From Spirogloea muscicola (lineage: Eukaryota), in the NCBI GenBank assembly GCA_009602725.1, contig WELB01000001.1:1989096-2046398 (forward strand): a DNA stretch of 57,303 bases, given 5' to 3'. Numbering within the stretch: the stretch's first letter is position 1; each line of letters opens with the position of its first letter. Shown in pieces: positions 34,438-47,374 of the stretch. The translations under genes were made by a program, and so were the position numbers. The notes below the pieces were generated by a model, which ran no database searches, was not told the origin of the DNA, and saw only the letters and a program-made list of their open reading frames with translations.

Positions 34438-36606
34438 ATGACGGGGTCCCCCCCCCCGGCCGCGCCTTGACGCCCCGCCGCGCCGGCCTTGGCGCCGCGC
34501 CGCCCGCCCGCGCNAGGCGGCGCGGCGGCCGCTGGGCGAGCTGCCGCTGGGCCTGGCGGCGCTGCTGGTGCTGCCCTGGGTGCTGATCCTCGTCGTCGTC
34601 GTCTCGGGGTACAACGTCTTCCTCTCGCAGCTCCGCGCCGCCAACACGTACCAACTCGACCTCCTGCGCGCCCCGGCTGCCGACCTTGCCGGCTCCTCCA
34701 CTGGTAATGGGCCCACACCCTCCGCCCCTCACCCTCAACACTGCAAGATGGGCTTTCTAGCGGCAGTGACGAGGCCCTTGCTCGCTCGAGCAGATGATGA
34801 CAGGAGACCTCCCAGTGGCAGTGCAGCTGCATTGGCCGCCGCGCCACTGATTAGCGGCTGATGACCCTTGTCCTTGCCGCCCTCACCTTTTATGACGAAA
34901 GGACCGCCCTGCTCACTCTTTGTCGCCTGTCATGAGGAGGCCATGCGGCGTAGCTAGTTGTCGGCCTGTCGATGTTGTAGGTGCATGTGCAAGTGGGTTT
35001 CCTGGTCTGGCAGGTGGTGCCTCTGGGACCCCCTCAGCTTGCTTGCTGCAGTGCACAGCACAGCCGACTGGCCACAAGCGCGAGGCGAAGTCGTTTGCAC
35101 GAGCTACAGCTCAGGCTGCTCGTTGGCCCTACTGCAGTCGTGGCGTGCGGCAAGTGCCCCGCTCCAGAGCCCTGCCCGGCGTGCACCGTGTCCAGCACCG
35201 GCACTTCAATCTCATGCCCCCGGCCAGAGTCGTGCGAGCCCTGCCCCGTGCTGGCGGACGGGGCCACAGCACCTCGCGTCTGGTATCCGGGCGACTTGAA
35301 CCCGCTTGCCGAGTGGGTCAAGACCTACAAGGATGGCCCGTTCCTCGCCAAATGGTCCCACTATCTTGATGTGTACCACCGCCACTTCGCCAGGTTCATT
35401 GGCAAGCCCGTCCGCATCATGGAAATTGGCGTGCAGGTTGGTTGCAGCTCCCATTCTGTTGGGCCTTCTCCAGCTCGCTAGCTCGTGTACAATCGTCTAT
35501 CAGCCCTGGGCAAGCTACGAGTGAGGTTGAGGCAACAGATGGTGGCACTACACTTCCAAGCCTTTGATCTGACCTGCAGCGGAGGTTTGCTTCTGGCAGA
35601 GTGGGGGGTCCATGTGGATGTGGAAGGCGTACTTCGGCCAGCAGGCTGAGATATTTGGCATAGACATCGACGAACGTTGCCGTCGGTTCAACAAGCCCGA
35701 GGAGTCGATCCGGGTGTTTATTGGCTCGCAAGCAAACCGGACTTTTCTGCGAGAGGTCATGGAGGAAGTACAGCATATAGACATCCTCCTAGACGATGGA
35801 GGTAGGTTATCTCTGTGTGCTGGCCGCTGGAGGCAGGCAACAGATGATGGCACTTACTCCCTGACTCCTCAACAGGGCTTCTCTTACATGCTGCCGCTCA
35901 GCCTCTAAGCACTCCTGACAACGTCGACTCCCCAACGGCCCTTTCCTTTTTGTGATGGCTGCACTCTGGATGTCTGCAGGCCACAAAATGGACATGCAGA
36001 TTGGGACGTTTGAGGAGTTATACAAATACATCAACCCGAATGGAGGTGTCTATCTTTGCGAGGATGTGCACACCAGTTACTGGCCAACCTTTGGAGGGGG
36101 GCTCAGGAAGCGTGGCACGTATCTGGAGTACGCAAAGAACTTTGTCGATAAAATCAATGGGTATCAGAACACGCTTTGGAGGAAACTTGCACACTATGCA
36201 CAAACCTACCCGCCAGGCGAAGAAGTCCTGAAGCCGGACGATTTTACAGCATCAACCGACAGCGTATTCTTCTACGACAGGTCCTTTCAGAGGACCTTCT
36301 TGTGACTTACTGAGGCTGCAAGTGTCTGTTCTGTAAAGGCCGTTGTAAAGGCCGTCTAATCTGACCAGTGCTAGTTGGGACACTCTTAACCAGCTTGGCT
36401 TGACCACTCTAGCAGGAATGGTTGATGACCTGTCAGGATAATAGCCTAGGGTAGAGGTCAAGAGCGCTGCCAGTGGCAATGCCATGATCACGACCTGATT
36501 CTTTGTCTTTGCTTGCATGTCTTGCAGCATGGTTGTCATCGAGAAACGGCCGCACAACTGCCCGGCACTTGTAACAGCCGGGAATGCTCGCTTCAAGTAC
36601 AGATAG
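34438..36606 (+). CDS. Type II membrane class I SAM-dependent O-methyltransferase (MycE-like sugar O-methyltransferase type); exons ~34438-34703, 35138-35436, 35600-35801, 35980-36280, 36528-36606
   Basis: TM segment LAALLVLPWVLILVVVV and Cys/Pro stem, then KWSHYLDVYHRHF, IMEIGVQSGGS, IFGIDID, FIGSQ, DILLDDGGH, GGVYLCEDVHTSYW and YDSMVVIEK. The start is uncertain: the ATG at 34438 needs a 1-nt correction (C10 run or the N at 34514). Confidence 0.82.
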
Positions 36607-38942
36607 GATCAGCTGCCATGTTGATACTGGAATCAATTGCAGCGCTTCAATGGCGCCTTGGATGTGTGATACACGCTCAGAATCGTCTGGGGAAGGCCCT
36701 TGCCAGAAGTGAACAATGCAATGCCTTGGAGCTCTCGCTTGTGAGGCGACAGGCTCTTGCAGTAATGACTGCTCCTTAGCTTGTCATGTCAAATATGATG
36801 TGGGTGTTTAGTAACCTGCCTAATTTGGTATTGCAGCTTGTTCATTGTTACTAAAGACTGGAAACAGATTCATTGGAATTGAGTTAGGTTCTGACGTTCT
36901 GGCTTGCCGGCTTCTGAGGTTCTATCTATTTTGCCTTTAGTAGGGCGTTTCGGTATCACCAGATTGCTAGGATCCTTCTGGTGACGAATTTCAGGGGTGG
37001 CTCCCTCAGAAAAACGCTTAGGAAAACCTCGAGAACTGAACGCACAAGCGACTTCTGTATGTCCCCAACACGGCAGATTTTGCTGATCAACCCAATATGG
37101 GCACTCTCAGACTCAAGGAGGGGCTTGTTTTGGTAGAAGGTCAAATGTACTCCAGAATGCAGACTCAATTTGCCTGAAAATGTGGCAGCTGGATGCTGAT
37201 AGGGCCTACCAGCTTGCAATGCGTCCGCCAGCTTCTTGCATATGCTGTGTAGCATTAAGCCAGGCTGATGTCCGTGGCCATGCTGCTGGCGACACTCCCG
37301 ATTTGTACCCTCTGCACGCTTTGCCACAGGGCAGGTTGAGGAGGGCCATTACCATGCATGACAGCCGTCAATGTCCCTTTCCTTTCACAATGACTAAGCT
37401 GGGCCTACCACCAGTCCCGAGCTCCTCAATTCAGCAAATGGCCTCTCCAATGATGTTGCTCTCAATTTGCTTCATATTTGTGGTCGACCTGAAGATGCCG
37501 TGCCACAGGCCAGGAATATTGGCAACTCTGAAGCGCCCCGCTCACTTACTTGTCAAGTCGTGTGTAGGCTCTCTTTTGCAAGCAAATCCTGAGCAACTTT
37601 ATTCTCCTGCATGCAGAGCACGTCTAGCAGGAGTGAGGCGCTTGGCTACAGCACCAGAGATTGAACTCTTGCTTGCAAATGTCATCGTGCTTGGAAGTAA
37701 GGACAAGGGTAGATCTTCGACCTTTTATGTCCTTCATGTGCTCCTTCGAAGCCTGGACCTCAGAGACCCGCAACTGTTCAAAGGCTATCCGAAATGTGAA
37801 ACGAGAAGTCCCTAGGTTGGCAGATTGTAGACTGTTCCTTTGCAGGCCAGATATTTGGTGCCGTCAGGCCAGCACATTCCCAACAGCGTTGGGCTAACCG
37901 AAGGAGGGACTTCGCACCTGGATGCAGCAAGTCTCCTGCTGAAAGCATCAGCTGAGCACAAATTGCGGCTCGTCGACCACAATACCGCTGCAACAGCAAG
38001 CATCCTTGCCTGATGGCAGCATCTCATGACCTAAGCAACCTGCTCATTGCTCTCTGATGTGCTCCAATGCAAGCCAATGGACGTGAAGCGAGCTCACCCA
38101 GAGTATGACAGTGAGAAGTGGAGCTAAGCCTGCGGCTTCTGCAATTCAGTAGACCTAACTACACCTGAAGCTGGATCAGCACATGCTGTCCACAAGAGCT
38201 AATTCTTTTGACTAAGCTAAGCTTATGATTCATGATACGGAATTACTCTTCGGCTTCTACTGTCTCCATGTTAGCCACTGATTCTTGTATTTGGCTGGTC
38301 TTAGCTACTTACCACCCGTGCTCCAGCTCTGTCTACAGCCTTGGCTGCAGTTGCATGTTTTGAAGTCGTGATACAGAGTCAGATCCACCAAGCCTGAGAC
38401 GTTATCACATAAGCTGACGGATCTTATACTGGTAATAGGAATGTCAGCATTTTCTGCACAGCCAGCAAGAGCTGGCGAGAGAGCGTCTCAATAATGGCAC
38501 CTTATAGCCTTGTTCATAATGCCACTCGTCTTGTTGCACAACGATCTGGAAAGCAGCGGCAAGGTAAGTGCCCATGTGCACACCTGTGAGATATATGTGA
38601 TTGCACCAGCCTCACGAGCCATGTCACAATCAATGGTGGAGGGACTTCGCCATCGACTTGAGGAGGGAGGTGAAGGAGGTGAGACCCAAGGGTAGTGGGC
38701 GCATGCGTGAGCAAGGTGACCTTGAACGAGCATGCGGTAGCAAGGTCCAGACTTTCGCGCCACTGCCAATTCTGCTCCTTGTGCCATTTCAGGCAGACCG
38801 TGCTACTCCACGATGCCAATAAACTACCTGACACCTTATGCTGGCGCCTGTTTGATTCAACAATTACTATCAGCAAGCGCTTCTCTCTGTGCTGGTGCTT
38901 CCGCAGTGATCATGTCACCCAGAGTTTCACTCAGCCACTGTC

Positions 38943-39016
38943 GCTTCGGAAATGCACTTCTTCTTGCAGGGGTTGGCGAGCTTCGGAAATGCACTTCTTC
39001 TTGCAGGGGTTGGCGA
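38943..39016. repeat. 37-bp perfect tandem duplication
   Basis: GCTTCGGAAATGCACTTCTTCTTGCAGGGGTTGGCGA twice. Confidence 0.92.
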
Positions 39017-40160
39017 GCGCCTGCATCCTGCCGGCTCTGCAGGGCAAAGCGCAGCACCTTGTGCAGACTGAGAGTCCTTGGTCTGCAGCCGAAGGTCGAA
39101 GGCTGGCAATGGAGGTCAAGTGGAGAACGAAGTCCACTTTCACAGAAAGCTGAAAACAGCAAGAGCAGGGCCGGCCCACATCGCTGGTTCACCATAATTG
39201 CACACTCAACACCGATGACCTCTTATTCACTTGTGAAAACCACAGTGCTTTGACGCCTTTCACAGCCATCCCCGCCTTTGAAGGAGAGCTTTTGCTTGAC
39301 CCCTTTCAGCTGCTGCGTTATTCAGCATCTTCCTTAGCAGCTCACTTGACTCAAATCAGACCCGAGCCTCACTCCAGCCCTGTCCAAGTACTTGCAGCCA
39401 AAAGCATCCTACCCATGCACTAGAAAGTTGCAAAAGTAGAGCCGCCAAAGAATCATCAAGCGTTCAACAGCATACTTGACATCTGCAGCACATGCATGGA
39501 GACCCCAGCCAAAAGCACATATAGTATGACAAGACAATCAAGCCACTTAAGAGAAGCAGTTAAGCCGGAGCAGAATTATGAACAGGAGCAAAACTTCTTC
39601 ATCTTGGCACTAGGTCCTTGTGAAGGAGCACATTGCGGGCACATGGCAAGCTTGTATATAGTCCGTAGTAAAAGTGGTGCATGAGAAATGGTTGATGGTC
39701 AGTGAGAGTTGCTGAAGAGAGTGAATCCGTTGATGACTTTGTGGAAGTGGTAACATTGCTCACAGTCGTACGGCACAATCTCGTCCCCATCTTGCACTTC
39801 AGAGCGTGGAGTACTATTCTCCAGAGGTACTGCAGTTGCTTCCAGCCCTAGCTCTCAACATAGTCGTCCAACACAATCTCAGTATAGTTGCAAGCGTTGC
39901 ATAAGCTGGCAGCACATAGGCGAGTCACAAACAAATCTCCCCGACGGATGCAAGGAAATACTTCATAAGCATAATCAGGCAACTTCCTGGAAATGGTTCC
40001 AGCAATACTAATACCTCCATCAGCACAATGATGCTGCAGGGATGCCAAAAACTCTCTTTTCTCTCAAGCTCATCCACACTGTACTACTGCTTGATCATCA
40101 AAGAGGATACGCTAGGCCAATGCACGCCTTAGTGGCAATAACTAGGAAGGGACCAATCCT

Positions 40161-42527
40161 TCAGCGACGACGATGCTTTTGGCCATTCCTGCTGTCCTGC
40201 GTAAGGTCGTTGAAAGTCTCCAGTTTCGTCTTTGCGGCATCTCTCACCCCATAGTCCACCATGGCCCTCATGTTGCCGTCAAATCGCAGGTCACCTTCTT
40301 GTCCAATTAGCTGGACCGTCGATTTATACCACGGACTGCCAACAGCCCACGAGTCTGAGAAATCGTCTAGCATATATAGCTCATACTTATCGCGCAACTT
40401 TTCGAAGAAGCCGGGCTGGCGCTCATCTGTCACAATGTACAGCTTCCGCCCCGGCTGGATCCCTAAGCTAGGCAGCTTGGCCATAATCTGCTCAGGCTGC
40501 GTGTCAAAATTCAGGTTAGGCCAGGCACCCCTCCTCAAGACCTTATCGCCGCGCCTGACGTGCACATAGTCGTAGTCGCTAAGATTTTGGAGAATGGCAA
40601 CTATGATGTCAGTGATGGGCTTGGGCGGCAAGACCAGTGATGTCTGCTTCTTCAGCACCCTCTCATTCACACCGCTGCAAACGTTGTACCAGTAGTCGCT
40701 CTCTTGCAAGAACATCCTTCGTATAACCTGGTTGTCATCTGCCTTCAGGTCCTCCATTGAGTACGAGACATTCACTTCTTTGACCGTGACCTGTACCAAG
40801 AGAATGTAAAGCCCAGACCGTAATTACTGTTTCTCCAGATCAGCTAGAGGCTCTACAAAAGCATGTGGTGCATGCGAAGCCCTGTAAACTGGAAAATTGA
40901 TACAACAAACCACTGAAATCGAGCAACAAGTAGTACGAGAAGCACCTGCTTATCTGGGTGCCGCAGATTCCAAATCTTCAAGTCCATATCAAAGTCGTTA
41001 TATGGCGTAATGCCTACGGTTCTGCAGGTGACACATGTACAGGTCCATGCCATCATGGATACTTTGTCATGATTAGAAAGGCAGTGCGTCTGCGTATGAC
41101 TGACAAATACACAGAGCAATGTTGTGCCTTGGAGTAAGAATGCAAGACTCTGCTGAATCTCAATACAGGAAGCTACAAATGCATGGACGAGCACTGCCAG
41201 CTGCTGCTCTTCACCTCTGCATGTGATTCATGTTGTAATAGAGGCGTACATCCCGCACAACAATGTCCCTAGCTCCCACTCCAGTGTGGAAGGCATGAAA
41301 ACCGAGTAGGCAATACTCCATGTCCATCACAAACGTCCTGTTGAGATAAATCGCCTCATTGAGGGCGCAGCCCATGCTCCACCGCTTGTGATTGTACCCG
41401 GCACACCATCCCGTGGAGCGAGTATAGACGAGGAAGCGCTCGCCGCCGCGGAACTGCCCAACCGTGTAATTACGGGCATTGGCACCAGACCCAGGCGGCC
41501 ATTCCTTGACCACGTTATACCTGTGCGGCACAGGGAGGAGGTCCACGCAGAGTCAGTCTCATCGCTTGCCGAGCTTCTGCTAAAACTGCCACTGTGCCTC
41601 TATTTGTTTGCGCTCTTATTGCTCTGCTTAATTCAACAATCACGGCAGTGCAGTGAGATCATGCACTGATGAACGCAAAAGGTCAAGTATCCTCCAAGTT
41701 CACAATCAAGCTGACCCTGCGGAAGCAGTTTCTCAGAAGTGCACGAGGAAGCCTCTCTGTGCTGGGGACGCTCAAAACCCCATGGAGTTCTCAATGTGGG
41801 CTACTAGGGACTCAGCAACAATGGTCAAGTCTCGCACTCAAGTGACAGTGTGAAGCCCTTGCCTGCTGTGTTGGACTACTTGTGAGTACTCAACTGCAGT
41901 ACTTCACATTGTACTCAAGCCGGTACCGTCGGTCGACCCTATTGGAATTCTCAGGATCCAAGCTCCAGGCTATGTCGCAGTCGTCCGGCGAGGGGCCTGG
42001 GACTGTCCCCGAGTAGTGGTACAAGCGCTTGCCACGGTATGATCGGTACTGCACAATTGCGATTGCAACTTGGGAACGTGACCTCTCAGCAGAGAGCATG
42101 CTGGAGCAGGAAGGCTTAGTAAGTGCAGGGCACGGCCAGACGCTGCTTCCCGTGGCTGCTTCACGAGACCCAATAGGTGAGGTACAAGGAGGAGAGCGTT
42201 CTGTGAGGAGTACCATGTGCCACTGCACGATAGATTGCAGGATGTGTGGGTCCGAGCAGTCCACAGACCGGTGTGCGCCGCACCGGCAACCCCAGCTCGC
42301 GCCCACAGACGAGCTCGTCATCAAGAGCGCCGCAAACAGTGTGAGGCAGGCGAGCTGGATTGCGTCAGCCTAGATGGTGGACGCCAAGAGCACGCAGCAA
42401 CGTCAAGGGCTCACCCATGGCCTCGCCGCGCACCTTCTTGTGGATGTTGACAGCTTCGAGCCAGGACTGCACCGTCGCCTCTATCCTCTCCTCCTCGAAC
42501 GTTTGCCCATACTCGTTCACCGGCGCT

Positions 42528-42558
<31 letters not shown>

Positions 42559-42724
42559 CCACCGACTGCGACGATGGTAGCGTGCTGGCCTCTCCACCAT
42601 CCCCGTCGCCGCGCCGGCCGCCGGCGTCGTCAATGACCAGCGCGGGGCCGAAGCTGCGGGCAGCCGGGAAGCCCGAGCTGTCGGCGAGCAGCGCGCACGC
42701 CGCCAGCAGGAGGCCGAGCGCCGC
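40161..42724 (-). CDS. SUB1-like (At4g08810 family) type II membrane glycosyltransferase-fold protein; 5' end lost in N gap
   Basis: VDCSDPHIL, DCDIAW, FLVYTRSTGWCAGYNHKRWSMGCALNEAIYLNRTFVMD, DYVHVRRGDK...WPNLNFDTQP, LYIVTDE, FDGNMRAMVD and ETFNDLT. TM segment ALGLLLAACALLA lies next to the gap. Family recognised from recalled motifs. Confidence 0.82.
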
Positions 42725-43097
42725 NNNNNNNNNNNNNNNNNNNNNNNNNNNNNNNNNNNNNNNNNNNNNNNNNNNNNNNNNNNNNNNNNNNNNNNNNNNN
42801 NNNNNNNNNNNNNNNNNANNNNNNNNNNNNNNNNNNNNNNNNNNNNNNNNNNNNNNNNNNNNNNNNNNNNNNNNNNNNNNNNNNNNNNNNNNNNNNNNNN
42901 NNNNNNNNNNNNNNNNNNNNNNNNNNNNNNNNNNNNNNNNNNNNNNNNNNNNNNNNNNNNNNNNNNNNNNNNNNNNNNNNNNNNNNNNNNNNNNNNNNNN
43001 NNNNNNNNNNNNNNNNNNNNNNNNNNNNNNNNNNNNNNNNNNNNNNNNNNNNNNNNNNNNNNNNNNNNNNNNNNNNNNNNNNNNNNNNNNNNNNNNN
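42725..43097. other. Assembly gap (N run)
   Basis: About 373 N bases; it hides the SUB1-like start and the 5' end of the retrotransposon. Confidence 0.99.
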
Positions 43098-46000
43098 CCG
43101 AGCTCATGGCCGCGCCAGGCCCCGGGGCGTCCTCGGGCGCCCCGCTCGATGCCGCGCCAGGCACCGGGCCCCCACCGGGCGCCTCGCCGGCGGCCGAGCT
43201 TCCCCAGCCACCCTCGCCTGGGCAGCAGTCTCCCGCGCCCGCGCCAGCGGCATTTGTTCCGCCCGTCGCCTCAAGCCCCACGACGGCCGCCTCGGCCGTC
43301 CTTGAGCGCCCCGCTCCATGCCGCGCCAGGCCCCGGCCCTTCCCCGACTGCGGCGCAGCCCTTTCTGCCCCGGTTGCAGCTGCACTCGTCCTCCGTCAAT
43401 CACCTCCCGTCCTGCCTCCCTCAGCAGTACCGCTGTCCGTCGCACCGCAGCCGAGCACGTCCTTGCACCCTGCCACTCATGCCGCAAGGTGTATGATATT
43501 CTCTAGCGTGCGGCTGCCGCCTCCTCGTCCAATGCCGGCTTGCCCAACAAGTCGCCCCCCTGGGCCCGGAAGAGTGCACGCAGGGAGGGTGGCGTGGCCA
43601 CTGCCGCCACTTCCCGGGGCGGAGACGGCCCGAGTACGAGCGAGGTGTGCATCCCCCCCTTCACATTCCTCGCATGTGCCCCCTGCAAGTGCGCCCATGG
43701 ACACAGACGTGCCCCCGGATGGTGCCCCCACAGCCACCCCACTCTTGGCGGCCCCCGCTCCTCCAGCTGCCCCTCCCATGTCCACCACTCCGGCGATTAC
43801 CGCTGCCGCTGCCGTTGTTGCTGCTGTTGCCGCTTCTGCTGCCGCTACCGTCGATGTGGCTCCTTCAAGCACAAGTGGTTCCAGTAGCAGGCGCAGGAGG
43901 GGTTGTCCGCCCCAGCCCCGGCCAGCTTCAGCCCTCCCGCCTCTCCTTCCTACTCCCGCCATCCCTGCAGCTGCAGCAGCTCCATCCACACGCCCTGCCG
44001 CTACAGCTGTCTCCCAAACCTGCCAGTGCTGCCAGCAGCCCTGGCCTAGCCTGCGGAGCGTTCGCATCTACGAGGGCCACTGTTCCAAGAAGGCCAATCG
44101 CGCCAAGCAGCAGACCCAAGCCCTCGCTGAGGCTGCTACCCGACGATGGCGGCCCGGCACCCCAGCTCCGGCACCCCTTCCCCCAGCTTCCTCGCCGGCT
44201 CAGTGGCGTTGTGCAAGGCTCCTGGACCTAGATGCGGTCATGCTGGAACCCAGTCTGCCCACCTTGCGACTTATCCCCCACTGGGCACGGCCACACGTCC
44301 AGCGAGCCTCGCGGCCATACTCACTCGGATGGCTCGGAACAGCTTCGACGAAGCTGCGTAGACTGTCTGGCAGCTCCTCCCTCGCCTGGACCTGTAACCC
44401 CTTCCAGGTGGTCCAAGCCAACGCGCGGTGATGCTAGCCATCATTTAGCATTTTGAGGGCGGTGCATGGGAGCAGCTCCTGGAGGAGCATCGCGCAGCTG
44501 TCCAGGTGTCCCAGGCGAATCGACCCACCCCAGCCACCTCAGAGGCTTCAGCTGTCCGCCGAGCCATTCGTTTTGGCCGCGCATGGGACCTCTCCCGTGC
44601 TGCCCAAGCTCTGGACCCAGCCACCCCAGCACCTCACCACGCAGAGACCCTTGCTGCTCTCAGGACCCTTCACCCCCCTGCCCCAAGCCCCCTACCCCCC
44701 TGGCTCGAGGAGTTCCAACCCCCAACCTTGGTGGACCTCAACCCAGCAGCTCCTCGGACAGCATTGGTGCAGAGCCGGAACGCAGCGGCTGGAGAGCCCT
44801 CGGGCATGCTCTTTGAACACCTTCGAGAGCTCTGGCTGGACGACGAGGCGGGTGACTCCGGTCTGCTGCACAAAGTATGCCAATCGGTGGCGGCGCGGCC
44901 TTCTCCCACCTAAGGCCCGGGCGGCACTCACCAGCAGCACCCTGCTCGCTCTCTCCAAGCCCACCGGAGGCGTCTGACCAATTGCGATGGGCGAGGTCCT
45001 TACCCGACTGGTTTCAAAGACCCTGTTCCAGCAGAACAGAGAGGCGGCGCAGCTCCACTTCTCCCCCCACCAGTTTGGCGCAGGGCTGTCTGCGGGTGCG
45101 GAGGCAGTGGTTCATGGTCTACGAGTTGCCCTGGATTACAATCCCGATTGGATGGCCCTGTCAGTGGACGTGAAGAATGCGTTTAACAGCGTTGACAGAG
45201 GTGTCATCGCCGAGGAGCTGCGCACGCATTTTCCCTCCCTCATCCCTTTCTTCCGGTGCTCCTACGGAGCATCCTCCCGCCTGCTCTGGGGAGCGGGCAC
45301 GTCACAGGTGGTCTTGCCATCCAGCACAGGCAACCGGCAGGGAGACCCTTTGGGTGGGTTCCTCTTTGCACTGGCACACCTACGGCCCCTGCGTAATACG
45401 GCGGAGGCCCACCCTGCTGTGCTAATCCCAAGCTACGCCGACGACACCACCATGGTGGGACCCCCAACTGAGGTCATCAGCACTTACAGCACGTTGGAGC
45501 GCGAGCTTCACAGCCTCGGCCTCAACATCCGGCCCAAGAAGTGTTCAGCCTGGTCTCCAGCTGGCATCCCTCCCTCCATCAAGCTGCCAGCTGGGTGTCA
45601 GACCCCACCACTCGGCATGGTGGTGCTTGGAGCCCCATTGGGGGCTGCTGCGAATGTGGAGCAAGTTGTGGAGTTCACCCTTGAGAACCATCTCCAGACC
45701 CTCCCGGCCCTCCCCTCCTTACAGGACGCGCAGCTTGCGGTGGCCATCCTCACCCGCTGTGTGGCCCAGCGTCCCACTTACCTGTTGTGGACTGTACCCC
45801 CCACCTCTGCACTAAGCGCCATCTACTCAACCGTGAATTCCAGACTCCAACAGGCTCTTCACGGCCTGGTGGACCATCCCAATCTATCCGCCACGCCGGC
45901 TGCCATCTTACAGTGTACCCTTCCTACCAGCAAAGGCGGCCCTGGGTGCCGTCCACTGGCTCGCCTGTCCCAAGCAGCTCACCTGGGTTGCTGGGCCCAA

Positions 46001-47254
46001 GTAGCCTCCACCATCTCCAGTCGCTTCATCCTGAGAGGCCAGGCTGTTTTAGCACCCGCTATAGCGGGTGTTGGAACAGGGAACCTGCCCTTCCAGCCTT
46101 CCCTAATTGCAGCACTGCATGACCTCTCGCGCTCTTCACCAATGCTTGCAGAGGGTCATGCAGATTTTGCGGCATGGGCACGCTGTTCTGACAGGAAAGC
46201 GCAGGCGCACTACACTCACGCTGCGGACGTGCAGGCCGCCTCTGAGTTGAAGGGACTGCTCAAGGACGATGGACGTGGCCTCACCCGGCTCCTTCCCATC
46301 AGCTCCCCGGGCGCGTCTGAGTGGCTAAACGCTCTGCTGATATAGGAGTCCCTTCGGCTCACAGACAACCTGTTTCGTACAGCGCTCCACCACCACCTCG
46401 GCCTCCCCCCCTTTTTGCTTGGCTGGCATCCGCCAGTGCGAGTGTGGCCACATTGCCAATGACAAGTTCGATCTAGCTGCTCGTATGCTGAGATGTTTTG
46501 AGGGTGGTGAGCGCATTGCCTCCAACGACTTACACAGGGACACTATGTTTGGAAGTGTGCGAGAGGCGGGGTATCATCCGGCGATGGAGGTGTCCGGCAT
46601 CACGCCAATCTCCTCAAGGCGCGGCAAGCCATACGTGCGGCGTCTGGACGTGGTCGCCACCCCCCGGGGCGGTGGGCCTCGTCTGCTCGTGGACGTGGTA
46701 CTGATCGATGCATACAAGGCTGGCGCACCCACGTCAACCGTGTCTGGCTGGGCCACGTCCAGCGCGGAGCGCAAGAAGGAGCGGCACTACCAGGACCACC
46801 CGAGGGGACCATTTTTATCCGTGTGCCATGGATATCTGCGGAGGCTACGGCGTAAAATGGTCCTCCCTGATCCAGCATCTGGCCCCGCTGGTTGATACGT
46901 GTCGTCAAAGTTGGGGGGCCAGCTTGGGCCACTCCAGCATTCCGCAGGCCTTAGTTGCATACCATGAAATGCAGCTCTCACTTAGTGTGCAGCGCTCGCA
47001 AGCCTTGGCTCTTCATCAACGTGCAGGGCGCGCTCTAAGTCAGGCCTCCTGCTTTTGTGGCCGCGCTCCAGCTCCCCAAGTTAGCTTGTCGGATCTATTT
47101 GTGCTCACCCGTGGGTACTGATGTCACTTCAGGCACCTTAGTTTAGGTCTCCGTATCATGTAGCCCTGTTTAGTGTGCCCTAGACTCTGCCTGAACAATG
47201 TATTGGCTTGAACTGGCCTCCATTTCATTTGATGCGCCCCGCGCGCCTTCTCTC
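43098..47254 (+). mobile_element. Near-full-length degenerate CRE-clade-like non-LTR retrotransposon (family B): Pro-rich N-terminus, zinc finger, RT, zinc knuckle, RLE
   Basis: Zinc finger CQCC-x11-YEGHC (44021-44083); SRAAQAL...TLAALRTLHP; LLALSKPTGGV*PIAMGE (TGA at 44975 where Arg is expected); DVKNAFNSVDR; QGDPLG; YADD (45434-45445); LPTSKGG; CECG; RRLDVV..LLVDV..ERKKERHY; LTRGY* at 47121; UTR ending CCTTCTCTC. Several frameshifts. No APE domain or LTRs seen. Confidence 0.92.
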
Positions 47255-47374
47255 ACTTGTGGGTACTGAAGTTTCCCTTGCTTACTTGGTCGTGTGTTTG
47301 AGTGCTGTGTTCGGCCCCTTCTGGCATTGTCTTTTCGGATTTGCGTGTGCTCACTCGTGGGTATCAATGTCAAA

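Noticed and set aside
36650..39900. Possible gene between the methyltransferase and SUB1-like genes
   Set aside because: Only short inconsistent ORFs on both strands with no recognisable motif; no model could be built.
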